Shown in pieces: positions 46,031 to 60,059 of a stretch of 64,000 nt of DNA (within the stretch, counting starts at the first letter, position 1; each line of letters opens with the position of its first letter). The position numbers and the translations under genes are program-made. Below the pieces are notes generated by a model that had not been told where the DNA came from, did not search any database, and worked only from the letters and a program-made list of their open reading frames with translations. Location: contig JAUCBJ010002899.1 in the NCBI GenBank assembly GCA_032718475.1, positions 1 through 64,000 on the forward strand, given 5' to 3'. This DNA is from Nemertoderma westbladi (lineage: Eukaryota > Animalia > Xenacoelomorpha).

Positions 46031-47561
46031 CTTGGATATTCATACATTAAACCAAGACTAACGATTAGCGATTTATAAGCGGTGACGGTTTGCCAACAAT
46101 AAATAATCTTATTTTTATTTGTTGCTGATTAAAGGTTAAAAATTTCCAGAAAATTTGTTTAAAAATATCTTTTTTTAACTAATTTTTTACATTTTTTAAG
46201 TAATTTTGACTTATTAACTGCTGCCCTGATGAGGATTAACTTTATCTGATTATAAGTCTGATAGAAAAAGAAGGACAAGGAAGGACCACAATCAAACCAA
46301 AAAGATAAAGAAGAAAAGAAGTAAATACTGAGAACAAATGAAGAAGGTAAATGAAGCATTCGAAAAAGAGTTGAAAATCTATTTTATTAATATCTATTGT
46401 TATATTCATTCAGTCTCAATTAATTCATTTTATAGCTACGTAATAGTAAGATTAAAGATTAAAATTAAATGTTAATGTTAATTGTATTACAGTAATAAAA
46501 AAAATTTTTTTTACTTTTTATGATGAATTATTACTTTTTATAATGAATTTTTACATTTTTTAACTAATTTTTAACTTTTTTTAACCATTTTTTTTTATTT
46601 ATTTAATGAACTTTTTACTAAACAATATAATCAAATTGATACATACTTTCATATAATTGAGTAGTTCCTGGTGCATAATGATTATATAATGTAGAACAAG
46701 GCTTGTCGGGTAGCTTACTGTCGTCAAGTAATGTAATATTGGGGTTTGGTTGAGGAGATAACGAGTGCATTAATAATGTTATCATTATTTATTTACCAAT
46801 TGTTACTGTTTATTGCATGATATTGGTATTCTCGTAAACATCTATTACGGCCTACTTAATAAACGAAAATATTTTGCATACATACAGTAGCAGCTATTCA
46901 TTGAAGAGGTCAAAGTTCAGTAATGTTCGCTTTGTTTGCATAAGAACGGTTTGCTATACCGTTATATACTAAAGAAAAAGTAGTCTCAAGCTAAAATTAC
47001 TCAGTGGTGAGGAATGTTGGGTGATTTAATACTGCCACACTGTCAATTATTAAACTAATTATAAACAATTGATGTTATCCCAGATAATCCCAATCTTCAA
47101 GGTGTTCTTTAGGTGGCGTGTTAGGCAGGAATTCTTAGGATAGTATTTCGAGGGGCTTTTTTAAAATTATTATTTTAAGTAACTTCCATATCGTGAACTG
47201 TTAAAAGCTGATTCAATTCCGCCCAGGTATTCGACAGGAAGTCAGGTCTTCACACATGATTTCCAAATACATGATCCCGACATGCCGGAATCATGCTTAA
47301 TTCCTTAAATCCAAATCCATCCCAATGTTCTAAAACTGCTTTATAAAGCAGCACAATGCGAAATTATAACAATTTATAAAATTATTCAAGATAGAGTTGT
47401 TAATCAGTCGTTTTAATAATTCTCAATTGTAATATCTGTATCTCTGTAGAGGTCAAATTACGTCGTCTTTGTCTAACTAGCAGCCAATGGAATAGTCAAT
47501 TTTTCTCCATCGATGGATGTTTCATCCTGACTTGTTTCGCTGCTTATTCCATCAAAATCCA

Positions 47562-50500
47562 GTAGATTGTGTACAGGCATACAGTAGACTCGTGGTGTAC
47601 AGGCATACAGTAGACTCGTGGTGTACAGGCATACAGTAGACTCGTGGTGTACAGGCATACAGTAGACTCGTGGTGTACAGGCATACAGTAGACTCGTGGT
47701 GTACTGGCATACAGTAGACTCGTGGTGTACAGGCATACAGTAGACTCGTGGTGTACAGGCATACAGTAGACTCGTGTTGTACAGGCATACAGTAGACTCG
47801 TGGTGTACAGGCATACAGTAGACTCGTGGTGTACAGGCATACAGTAGACTCGTGGTGTACAGGCATACAGTAGACTCGTGGTGTACTGGCATACAGTAGA
47901 CTCGTGGTGTACAGGCATACAGTAGACTCGTGGTGTACAGGCATACAGTAGACTCGTGGTGTACTGGCATACAGTAGACTCGTGGTGTACAGGCATACAG
48001 TAGACTCGTGGTGTACAGGCATACAGTAGACTCGTGGTGTACAGGCATACAGTAGACTCGTGGTGTACAGGCATACAGTAGACTCGTGGTGTACTGGCAT
48101 ACAGTAGACTCGTGGTGTACTGGCATACAGTAGACTCGTGGTGTACAGGCATACAGTAGACTCGTGGTGTACTGGCATACAGTAGACTCGTGGTGTACTG
48201 GCATACAGTAGACTCGTGGTGTACAGGCATACAGCAGACTCGTGGTGTACTGGCATACAGTAGACTCGTGGTGTACAGGCATACAGTAGACTCGTGGTGT
48301 ACTGGCATACAGTAGACTCGTGGTGTACAGGCATACAGTAGACTCGTGGTGTACTGGCATACAGTAGACTCGTGGTGTACTGGCATACAGTAGACTCGTG
48401 GTGTACAGGCATACAGTAGACTCGTGGTGTACTGGCATACAGTAGACTCGTGGTGTACTGGCATACAGTAGACTCGTGGTGTACAGGCATACAGTAGACT
48501 CGTGGTGTACTGGCATACAGTAGACTCGTGGTGTACAGGCATACAGTAGACTCGTGGTGTACTGGCATACAGTAGACTCGTGGTGTACAGGCATACAGTA
48601 GACTCGTGGTGTACAGGCATACAGTAGACTCGTGGTGTACTGGCATACAGTAGACTCGTGGTGTACAGGCATACAGTAGACTCGTGGTGTACTGGCATAC
48701 AGTAGACTCGTGGTGTACAGGCATACAGTAGACTCGTGGTGTACTGGCATACAGTAGACTCGTGGTGTACTGGCATACAGTAGACTCGTGGTGTACTGGC
48801 ATACAGTAGACTCGTGGTGTACTGGCATACAGTAGACTCGTGGTGTACAGGCATACAGTAGACTCGTGGTGTACAGGCATACAGTAGACTCGTGGTGTAC
48901 TGGCATACAGTAGACTCGTGGTGTACTGGCATACAGTAGACTCGTGGTGTACAGGCATACAGTAGACTCGTGGTGTACTGGCATACAGTAGACTCGTGGT
49001 GGACAGGCATACAGTAGACTCGTGGTGTACAGGCATACAGTAGACTCGTGGTGGACAGGCATACAGTAGACTCGTAGTGTACAGGCATACAGTAGACTCG
49101 TAGTGTACAGGCATACAGTAGACTCGTGGTGTACAGGCATACAGTAGACTCGTGGTGTACTGGCATACAGTAGACTCGTGGTGTACAGGCATACAGTAGA
49201 CTCGTGGTGTACAGGCATACAGTAGACTCGTGGTGTACAGGCATACAGTAGACTCGTGGTGTACTGGCATACAGTAGACTCGTGGTGTACAGGCATACAG
49301 TAGACTCGTGGTGTACTGGCATACAGTAGACTCGTGGTGTACAGGCATACAGTAGACTCGTGGTGTACTGGCATACAGTAGACTCGTGGTGTACTGGCAT
49401 ACAGTAGACTCGTGGTGTACAGGCATACAGTAGACTCGTGGTGTACTGGCATACAGTAGACTCGTGGTGTACAGGCATACAGTAGACTCGTGGTGTACTG
49501 GCATACAGTAGACTCGTGGTGTACAGGCATACAGTAGACTCGTGGTGTACAGGCATACAGTAGACTCGTGGTGTACTGGCATACAGTAGACTCGTGGTGT
49601 ACTGGCATACAGTAGACTCGTGGTGTACAGGCATACAGTAGACTCGTGGTGTACTGGCATACAGTAGACTCGTGGTGTACAGGCATACAGTAGACTCGTG
49701 GTGTACTGGCATACAGTAGACTCGTGGTGTACAGGCATACAGTAGACTCGTGGTGTACAGGCATACAGTAGACTCGTGGTGTACTGGCATACAGTAGACT
49801 CGTGGTGTACAGGCATACAGTAGACTCGTGGTGTACTGGCATACAGTAGACTCGTGGTGTACAGGCATACAGTAGACTCGTGGTGTACTGGCATACAGTA
49901 GACTCGTGGTGTACTGGCATACAGTAGACTCGTGGTGTACTGGCATACAGTAGACTCGTGGTGTACTGGCATACAGTAGACTCGTGGTGTACAGGCATAC
50001 AGTAGACTCGTGGTGTACAGGCATACAGTAGACTCGTGGTGTACTGGCATACAGTAGACTCGTGGTGTACTGGCATACAGTAGACTCGTGGTGTACAGGC
50101 ATACAGTAGACTCGTGGTGTACTGGCATACAGTAGACTCGTGGTGTACAGGCATACAGTAGACTCGTGGTGTACAGGCATACAGTAGACTCGTGGTGGAC
50201 AGGCATACAGTAGACTCGTAGTGTACAGGCATACAGTAGACTCGTAGTGTACAGGCATACAGTAGACTCGTAGTGTACAGGCATACAGTAGACTCGTGGT
50301 GTACTGGCATACAGTAGACTCGTGGTGTACAGGCATACAGTAGACTCGTGGTGTACAGGCATACAGTAGACTCGTAGTGTACAGGCATACAGTAGACTCG
50401 TAGTGTACAGGCATACAGTAGACTCGTAGTGTACAGGCATACAGTAGACTCGTGGTGTACTGGCATACAGTAGACTCGTGGTGTACAGGCATACAGTAGA

Positions 50501-53500
50501 CTCGTGGTGTACAGGCGTACAGTAGACTCGTGGTGTACAGGCATACAGTAGACTCGTGGTGTACTGGCATACAGTAGACTCGTGGTGTACAGGCATACAG
50601 TAGACTCGTGGTGTACAGGCATACAGTAGACTCGTAGTGTACAGGCATACAGTAGACTCGTAGTGTACAGGCATACAGTAGACTCGTAGTGTACAGGCAT
50701 ACAGTAGACTCGTGGTGTACTGGCATACAGTAGACTCGTGGTGTACAGGCATACAGTAGACTCGTAGTGTACAGGCATACAGTAGACTCGTAGTGTACAG
50801 GCATACAGTAGACTCGTAGTGTACAGGCATACAGTAGACTCGTGGTGTACTGGCATACAGTAGACTCGTGGTGTACAGGCATACAGTAGACTCGTGGTGT
50901 ACAGGCATACAGTAGACTCGTAGTGTACAGGCATACAGTAGACTCGTAGTGTACAGGCATACAGTAGACTCGTAGTGTACAGGCATACAGTAGACTCGTG
51001 GTGTACTGGCATACAGTAGACTCGTGGTGTACAGGCATACAGTAGACTCGTGGTGTACAGGCGTACAGTAGACTCGTGGTTTACAGGCATACAGTAGACT
51101 CGTGGTGTACTGGCATACAGTAGACTCGTGGTGTACTGGCATACAGTAGACTCGTGGTGTACAGGCATACAGTAGACTCGTAGTGTACAGGCGTACAGTA
51201 GACTCGTGGTGTACAGACATACAGTAGACTCGTGGTGTACAGGCGTACAGTAGACTCGTGGTGTACAGACATACAGTAGACTCGTGGTGTACTGGCATAC
51301 AGTAGACTCGTGGTGTACAGGCATACAGTAGACTCGTGGTGTACAGGCATACAGTAGACTCGTGGTGTACAGGCATACAGTAGACTCGTGGTGTACTGGC
51401 ATACAGTAGACTCGTGGTGTACTGGCATACAGTAGACTCGTGGTGTACTGGCATACAGTAGACTCGTGGTGTACAGGCATACAGTAGACTCGTAGTGTAC
51501 AGGCGTACAGTAGACTCGTGGTGTACAGACATACAGTAGACTCGTGGTGTACTGGCATACAGTAGACTCGTGGTGTACAGGCATACAGTAGACTCGTGGT
51601 GTACTGGCATACAGTAGACTCGTGGTGTACAGGCATACAGTAGACTCGTAGTGTACAGGCGTACAGTAGACTCGTGGTGTACAGGCGTACAGTAGACTCG
51701 TGGTGTACAGACATACAGTAGACTCGTGGTGTACTGGCATACAGTAGACTCGTGGTGTACAGGCATACAGTAGACTCGTGGTGTACAGGCGTACAGTAGA
51801 CTAGTGGTGTACAGGCATACAGTAGACTCGTGGTGTACTGGCATACAGTAGACTCGTGGTGTACTGGCATACAGTAGACTCGTGGTGTACTGGCATACAG
51901 TAGACTCGTGGTGTACTGGCATACAGTAGACTCGTGGTGTACAGGCATACAGTAGAATCGTGGTGTACAGACGAACAGTAGACTCGTGGTGTACAGACAT
52001 ACAGTAGACTCGTGGTGTACAGGCATACAGTAGACTCGTGGTGTACAGGCATACAGTAGACTCGTGTTGTACAGGCATACTGTAGACTCGTGGTGTACAG
52101 GCATACAGTAGACTCGTGGTGTACAGGCATACAGTAGACTCGTGGTGTACAGGCATACAGTAGACTCGTGGTGTACTGGCATACATTAGACTTGTGGTGT
52201 ACTGGCATACAGTAGACTCGTGGTGTACAGACGAACAGTAGACTCGCGGTGTACAGGCATACAGTAGACTCGTGGTGTACTGGCATACAGTAGATTCGCG
52301 GTGTACTGGCATGCAGTAGATTCGTAGTGTACAGGCATACAGTAGACTCGTGGTGTACTGGCATACTGTAGCCTCGTGGTGTACAGGCATACAGTAGACT
52401 CGTGGTGTACAGGCATACAGTAGACTCGTGGTGTACAGGCATACAGTAGACTCATGGTGTACATGCATACAGTAGACTCGTGGTGTACAGGCATACAGTA
52501 GATTCGTACTGTACAGGCATACAGTAAACTCGTGGTGTACAGGCATACAGTAGACTCGTGGTGTACAGGCATACAGTAGACTCGTGGTGTACAGGCATAC
52601 AGTAGATTCGTACTGTATAGGCATACAGCAGACTCGTGGTGTACAGGCATACAGTAGACTCGTGGTGTACAGGCATACAGTAGACTCGTGGTGTACAGGC
52701 ATACAGTAGACTCGTGGTGTACAGGCATACAGTAGACTCATGGTGTACATGCATACAGTAGACTCGTGGTGTACAGGCATACAGTAGATTCGTACTGTAC
52801 AGGCATACAGTAAACTCGTGGTGTACAGGCATACAGTAGACTCGTGGTGTACAGGCATGCAGTAGACTCGTGGTGTACTGGCATACATTAGACTTGTGGT
52901 GTACTGGCATACAGTAGACTCGTGGTGTACAGACGAACAGTAGACTCGTGGTGTACAGGCATACAGTAGACTCGTGGTGTACTGGCATACAGTAGATTCG
53001 CGGTGTACTGGCATGCAGTAGATTCGTAGTGTACAGGCATACAGTAGACTCGTGGTGTACTGGCATACTGTAGCCTCGTGGTGTACAGGCATACAGTAGA
53101 CTCGTGGTGTACAGGCATACAGTAGACTCGTGGTGTACAGGCATACAGTAGACTCATGGTGTACGTACATGCATACAGTAGACTCGTGGTGAACAGGCAT
53201 ACAATAGACTCGTGGTGTACAGGCATACAGTAGACTCGTGGTGTACTGGCATGCAGTAGACTCGTGGTGTACAGGCATACAGTAGACTCGTGGTGTACAG
53301 GCATACAGTAGACTCGTGGTGTACTGGCATACAGTAGACTCGTGGTGTACTGGCATGCAGTAGACTCGTGGTGTACAGGCATACAGTAGACTCGTGGTGT
53401 AAAGACGAACAGTAGACTCGTGGTGTACAGGCATACAGTAGACTCGTGGTGTACAGGCATACAGTAGACTCGTGGTGTACTGGCATACAGTAGATTCGCG

Positions 53501-54050
53501 GTGTACTGGCATGCAGTAGACTCGTGGTGTACAGGCATACAGTAGATTCGTAGTGTACAGGCATACAGTAGATTCGTACTGTACAGGCATACAGTAGACT
53601 TGTGGTGTACAGGCATACAGAGACTCGTGGTGTACAGGCATACAGTAGATTCGTAGTGTACAGGCATACAGTAGATTCGTAATGTACAGGCATACAGTAG
53701 ACTTGTGGTGTACAGGCATACAGAGACTCGTGGTGTACAGACGAACAGTAGACTCGTGGTGTACAGGCATACAGTAGACTCGTGGTGTACTGACATACAG
53801 TAGATTCGCGGTGTACTGGCATACAGTAGATTCGTAGTGTACAGGCATACAGTAGACTCGTGGTGTACGTACAGGCGTACAGTAGACTCGTGGTGTACAG
53901 GCATACAGTAGACTCGTGGTGTACAGGCGTACAGTAGACTCGTGGTGTACAGGCATACAGTAGACTCGTGGTGTACAGGCATACAGTAGACTCGTGGTGT
54001 ACAGGCATACAGTAGATTCGTGGTGTATAGGCATACAGTAGACTCGTGGT
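47562..54050. repeat. 26-bp satellite array (about 250 units), consensus GTAGACTCGTGGTGTAC(A/T)GGCATACA
   Basis: Head-to-tail units with no spacers; homogeneous on the left, more diverged on the right. Confidence 0.98.
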
Positions 54051-54396
54051 GATTTTAATTTTCTTGGTTATTGGATTGGGGTAAGCCTTCTTACATATTT
54101 CAGGTGTACCCAAGTTCCATTCACCATAACTACCAACATTATCTACCTTGTCAACCCTAATAGGTCCACTCCATTTTGTTGTACACTTTACATCTCCTGA
54201 ACCTCCTGGTTTAACATACCATATCGCCAACATTTATTCGATTTTTTTTGCGACCTCAGTACCTTTAGGCACTTTTTTTATTCTCAGTGATTCCTGGTAG
54301 TGTTGCAATTCTTCTCGCTAAACCTTGAGTCAATTTGTAATCTCACCTTCGTGTGTTATTATAGAATGTCATACCAATTTGTTATATAAATGTTAT

Positions 54397-55706
54397 GTGG
54401 GGCGAGCCACGAAGTTGGCGGAGCCTTAGCGAATTGACACTGTTAGGGGGTGGGTCAATTTATGCAAATAGTTGTCGTCGTCGTCGTCGTCGTTGTCGTC
54501 GTCGTCGTCGTTGTCGTCGTCGTCGTCGTCGTCGTTACGATTTTGACATGCTAATAACTTTGTCGGATTTAAAGCTGCCAAGTTGAAAATTTGTAGGTAT
54601 CAATGTGAGCAAAAGTTGAGATTTTTGAGAGACTTTCAGACACCATCAGTGCAATGGTCTCCCGCTAGAGGGCCACATGTCTAAACATTAAATGCCCTCC
54701 CATTTCTTTGCTTTTAATCCGTTTAAGCTGAAACTTGGCAGATATGTATTAGACCATTAGCTGTGACTTTCAAAGGAGGCGAATCCATCTGCAGTTCTCC
54801 AGTCTGCCGCTAGAGGCCCAAAGGTCTGAAAGTGAAATCGTTGTCGTCGTTACGATTTTGACATGCTAATAACTTTGTCGGATTTAAAGCTGCCAAGTTG
54901 AAAATTTGTAGGTATCAATATGAGCTAAAGTTGAGATTTTTGAGAGACTTTCAGACACCATCAGTGCAATGGTCTCCCGCTAGAGAGCCACATGTCTAAA
55001 CATTAAATGCCCTCCCATTTCTTTGCTTTTAATCCGTTTAAGCTGAAACTTGGCAGATATGTATTAGACCATTAGCTGTGACTTTCAAAGGAGGCGAATC
55101 CATCTGCAGTTCTCCAGTCTGCCGCTAGAGGGCCAAATGTCTGAAAGTGAAATCGTTGTCGTCGTTATGATATTGACATGCTATGCTTATAACTTTGTCG
55201 AATTTAAAGCTGCCAAGTTGAAAATTTGTTTTGTTGAAAATCAGTTCAACAGTCACCCGCTATAGGACTACTTTATGCCTGAAAGTGAATAGATTCTCCC
55301 GTCTCATTGATTTTAATCAGTTTAAGCTGAATCTTGCCATATATTCTGGACCTAATGCTGCGTCTTTGTGGGGGGGGGGGGGAGATTTAATCGGTCTGCC
55401 GCTATACGACGAAATTTCTGAAAGTGAGATCCGTCTCTCATTTCGTTATCCGTTATTCAAGATGAAACTTGGCCGATGTACGTATGTACTATTCATCCAT
55501 ATGCTGTGTCTTTGTGGGGCTGGAGACCCTAATCCATCTTCAGTTCTCACTATACCGCTAGAGTCAGAAATGTCTGAATAGAAATGAAAGAGGTAAAAAG
55601 TGATTAGGCGAAATCTGCTTAAAATTTGCTAATACAGTAATACTTTCGAATTAGTACTTAAATTAAATTTAAGTCACGTGCTGCGCGAAGGCCCCATTTC
55701 GTGTAT
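54397..55706 (+). mobile_element. Non-autonomous element with (GTC)n and 318-bp internal tandem repeats; 7-bp TSD ATGTTAT
   Basis: ATGTTAT at 54390-54396 and 55707-55713; GTGGGG.../...GCCCCA subterminal complementarity; repeat units starting at about 54530, 54848 and 55160. Confidence 0.7.
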
Positions 55707-56784
55707 ATGTTATAGTTTGTCCGGATCTGCTCTGCTTGCCCATTGTCAACGTTCTGCCCGCTCAACCAGATCCCCCAGTGGCCAGTGTGCACATGAGTCA
55801 ATGTGGTTTACCTCCCAAACATCTAGAAATCTTTTACAATGATCACTTCTGAATGAATGATGGTCATTGATTTGCAATAACCTCATTAGGTGGCCCCATT
55901 TCTAAAAATAGTTATTGTATTTGATTTTTGACTGTGACTGATTTTTCTTTTGGTGTGGGACTGCAAATAATATAGTTAGATGCACAGTATTCTATTCATA
56001 GGTAAAACTTGATTGGGTATAAATTTTATTCTAAAAAATCCATTGACAGTCTATTCCACTTAATCTCGAACATGGTGTTATCCATAGATCCAGGGTTTGG
56101 GTCGTTCCGTTTGAATTGTTCATATTTGTTACATACTTCATGTACCAATTGTTTTGGAAATTTTATCCTATTCAATTCACGACCTTTTTGCACAATGGAG
56201 TAGTACGTTCTATTCCTTGATGGCCATTGTTATGAATGTATTCAATTCTTTTTCGAATGACCACTGTCATGGGAGCCCTATTGGCATGTTGCAGAACATT
56301 TGTTTTCTCTTGCATGTGGCCCATTGCAACAAGATGGTTTGTATTTTTATTTTCAGTATCATCCTTTTCTTTACTACTTAACACCAACCAGTGAGGTGGA
56401 AGTCTGGTAAGTTTATCAGCTAGATTCTCCCCCGAAAGAATGCCCTGAAAATAATTAAACAATTAAAAAAATTATTAATATATATTTAAAAAAAAAACAA
56501 TTAGTTTATACTCTTTAATTAATTATCCACTTAAATCTAGTTTCCTCGCTTGACCTTTAGTTCTTGCTCTATTACAATCGTGGAATACTTCTTTAATCCA
56601 ATTATAAGCTGTGGCAGAGTCATTGATCCCTTCAATAGCAGCATCATGTTCAGGTTCATTTATGTGCCTTGTATCATTTACTTAACATGAGTGTGATATG
56701 TCCTCTGCTGTTATCCACAGATTTATTTATCACCACTCTCCTTGCAGTGGAACTTGCATCCGTACACACCTCTCCTGTGTATGG

Positions 56785-57130
56785 TAGGCATCAAACTTCG
56801 CCCGCGAGAAAGCTTCGCCCACATCCAATCATCGCCCGGAGCAATCTTTGCCCTCAAAATGAGCAACTATTGCCTGGTGGAAGGAATCCTTCGCCCACAA
56901 GCAATCTTCGCCCTCGAGCAACCTTCGCCCATTAAATAATTATTGTTTTGGTTAGAAAAATCCGTCTCTGTAACCTGCTCCTTTCCATCAATTTGTAACT
57001 AATATATTTACTTACACAAATCGTAATGGGCGAAAGTAGCTTGTGGGCAAAGATTGCCGTGTTCACGAAGGTTGGATGTAGGCAAATATTTGATGCGGGT
57101 GAAAGTTGGATGCGGGTGAAGATTGCACCC
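56785..57130. mobile_element. MITE-like foldback element
   Basis: Multiple CTTCGCCC motifs on the left mirrored by GGG(C/T)GAA motifs on the right. Confidence 0.55.
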
Positions 57131-58214
57131 AACCCTCCTGTACCGGTTGTATCTATCACCGACTCACCATTTTACAGGGTCACCATGTTTAAATTTTTCA
57201 ATGGTCTCCTTTATCATACTTTTTACATAATTGTTCACTATTTCAACCCATCCAATGCCTGTGCAGCTATGTTGAATCCAGTCACAATATGGTCTAAACC
57301 AACCAGCTACAAGATAATGTCCAATTTATTTACCACAAATGGAATGAAACACTCATCGAGTTAATTTTTCTGGATGTTCCTCTAGAATTGTGTTACAGCA
57401 GTGGTTGGCTCAGCTCTGACTGTCGACTGTTAAGGCTGTTTTCTTCGTACTCGCTAGCTTAGACGCTATATGGTTGTCGTGGACTGGTTGAATGAAAGGT
57501 TGTTTTTGTTCTCTTGTTGTATAATATGTGTATAACTGAGCAACTGGATAGCAACTGACAATATAAATAATAGACTCAGACTGGTATCCTATGTATAGCT
57601 GAAACTAGAGCTAGAGCTGCTAATTAGCTCTCTCACTAGCCTGATATTTATTCCAGCCAATATTTGTAAATTGGCCCCCAACCCACTTTGTAATTGGAGC
57701 GCATAGAAGACTGGGTCCATTAACAAACATCCTGCCATTTCAGAATTTATGTGCTCCAAGCTCACCTCATTCGCAGCTCGTCCCGTGCGGCAACCTTCCA
57801 TAACACGTTGTGGGGTCTTCGAGCTGCACGAGCACGTGTTCAAATGTTCAATGACTGAGCAGCGACTAATTAACAAATTGATGAGAGATTCATTGACCAG
57901 CTACTGTACAGACATACCAATATTGTGACAAATATTTTAGTTTAATGTTTGATTCAATTAAAGGCACAAATTAAAAAGGCTACAAATATACAGGGGTGAA
58001 TAAGTAAATTAGTCACCCATTAATAGGTAGACAAATATAAATTCCAATCTATATAAATTTTTAAATTCAGTAGTGTGCGTGTGTTGTGTATTGATTCCGT
58101 AGATTTCATGTTGAAATAGCGTTCATTAATTCAATTTCTATGTAATTATTCAGGCATACTAATACCCTCTTTAAATTAGTTCGTGTGTGTTAAGTGTGTA
58201 AGATTTAATTGTTT

Positions 58215-59481
58215 CGGCACGATCGCAAATGTCGCAAACTTCGGGAATTTTTTCTACAATTTTGACTCCTTAGGCAAAAGGGTGCCGAATGAGATTCAAA
58301 CCTTTTTTTTGTGTTTTTGAGTGCTTTTTTATATTAGTGAATGTTCTAGAACCTTAGAAGATTTTTTATGGTATAATGCTAGTATTTTTTACTAGCTAGT
58401 AATAAGCTACACCAATCTAATGAAGTGCGCGATGTCGTAGGTGATTTAGCGGCCTTGGCATTCGGACCTCGAAATGTTATTCAGGAGCCGATGGTAAACG
58501 AGCGAGGCGCCGTGGATGTAACAGCTGGTCTTCGGTGTGATGTAGGGGTTCGGGGTGTTTTCAACCCACAGACTCAGGCGTTGATTGATATTAGGTTGGT
58601 TAACCTTGACGCCGAGTTATACTTGGGTCGCACCCCGATGTAAGTCCTCGAGTCTGCTGAAGACCAGAAGATCAGGCTGTATGCCGAGTCGGCTTGGGCT
58701 CGTCGGGCGGACTTTGCTCCTTTCGTTGCATCCTGTGATGGAGTGCTGGAGCCCCACGCGGATAAGATCCTGCGGATAATCGCTCACCGACTCCATCGTT
58801 CCTGGCAGCGCCCCTACAGCACAGTCATGGGGTGGGTCCGTCGTCGGGTCCAATTCGCAATTCTTCGAGGAGCTTCCCACTGCATCCGAAGCTCTAGAAT
58901 GAAGTGGCGAAGCGGACTTGGTCTCGAGGATGGCGCAGGACTTCCGGTACCCCCTATAGATATAAATGGATAACCGAGCTACCACAATTATGATTCTACT
59001 ATTGGTTACAACATTATCACCTTCAGCTACCGAGGCGGGAAACTTTGTGGCTGAAGAGGAGAGTCACTTGTTCCTTATGAGTCTAAATAAAACTTCCCCT
59101 TCGTTCCGGGTCATAAAGCACTCTCCAATCAAATGCTCAGACTCAGATACCATTAGCTAAATGAACAATGCCAGTATTACTTAATTGTCAGGTGTCAAAG
59201 CGGGTGATAATTATTAGTTACATATATTATTCGTTTTCATTTTTGGGAATTATTTTGGTCATTAATATATTCTTCAACAGTTTAATCTGAAATATCATGG
59301 ACTTTCACATTTTTTTATAATTTCAAAAAATACTAGCTAGCAAAAAAACACTAGCTATCATAAAATACATATCTACTAATGTTCTAGAACTTTCACCAAT
59401 ACCAAAAAAAATAAAAAAATCTAAAAAAGGATTGGTGAAAAAATGGCTGGGGTGTCGACAGGGCGAAGTAGGGACCGTGTT
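58215..59481. mobile_element. Element with imperfect terminal inverted repeats of about 150-190 bp
   Basis: TATTAGTGAATGTTCTAGAAC...ACTAGCTAGTA (58332-58401) is mirrored at 59331-59402; CACG..../....CGTG termini. Confidence 0.6.
58419..58973 (+). pseudogene. C-terminal restriction-like endonuclease domain of a CRE-clade non-LTR retrotransposon, with one stop
   Basis: NEVRD..EP..GLRCDVGVRGVF..DIRLVNLDA..AE..K..Y..FAPFVASCDG..YSTVMGWVRRRVQFAILR..CIRSSR. Confidence 0.75.
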
Positions 59482-59659
59482 GCTTAACCCCTTACAGCCT
59501 ATGACGTCCACTGCAGGTCACCATGGACAGCGCTAAGACGTGCAGTGGACGTCATGCTGGAATACATGGCAAAAAATCCATTCTGTACTGTAGATAGGCT
59601 GTAATGTAGACTGTATTATTAGTGTTAGGTATATGGCGTAATGCCAACCACAGTACAGT

Positions 59660-60059
59660 AGTACAGACTGACAGAAAGACCGATATCCAGACAGACTAGA
59701 TTTTTTTAAACGTGAAAACTGACATCTGAAATGAAATCAGCACCCATTAAAACCCCCATAGCGAGAATGTTAGTTAGTTTGTATTATTTTTTAAGTTTTG
59801 ACAAACTGACTGACTGACAGAAAGACCGACAAACAGACAGACTAGATTTATGTAAACCTGGAAACTGACATCAGAAATGAAATCAGCACCCCTTAAAATC
59901 CCCATAGCGAGAATGTTAGTTAATTTGTATTCTTTTTATGTTTTGACAGACTGACTGACAGAATGACCGACAGACAGACAGACTAGATTTATGTAAACGT
60001 GAAAACTGACATCAGAAATGTAATCAGCACCCCTTAAAACCCCCATAGCGAGAATGTTA
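59660..60059. repeat. Three tandem repeats of about 120-130 bp with GACA/GACT microsatellite heads
   Basis: GAAACTGACATC.GAAATG.AATCAGCACCC...CCCATAGCGAGAATGTTA three times. Confidence 0.8.

Larger units (their letters stand above)
54051..57400 (-). mobile_element. Highly decayed gypsy-like pol remnant interrupted by other insertions
   Basis: GENLADKLTR (RNase H end), HNNGHQGIERT (integrase zinc region), NGQAE near 55740, and a GPY/F-like VGDM..KWSGPIRV module at 54150-54240. Confidence 0.6.

Noticed and set aside
47562-54050. CRISPR-like array
   Set aside because: Units are contiguous with no unique spacers, there are no cas genes, and the context is eukaryotic.
47473-54233. Very long Cys/His/Tyr-rich ORFs (up to 2160 aa)
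   Set aside because: They are translations of a 26-bp satellite, giving the same peptide in all three frames, with no evidence of a gene.
54395-54586. Poly-Arg protamine-like ORF
   Set aside because: It is the translation of a (GTC)n microsatellite.
59484-59560. piggyBac-like TTAA-CCC terminus
   Set aside because: I found no matching opposite terminus in the window.
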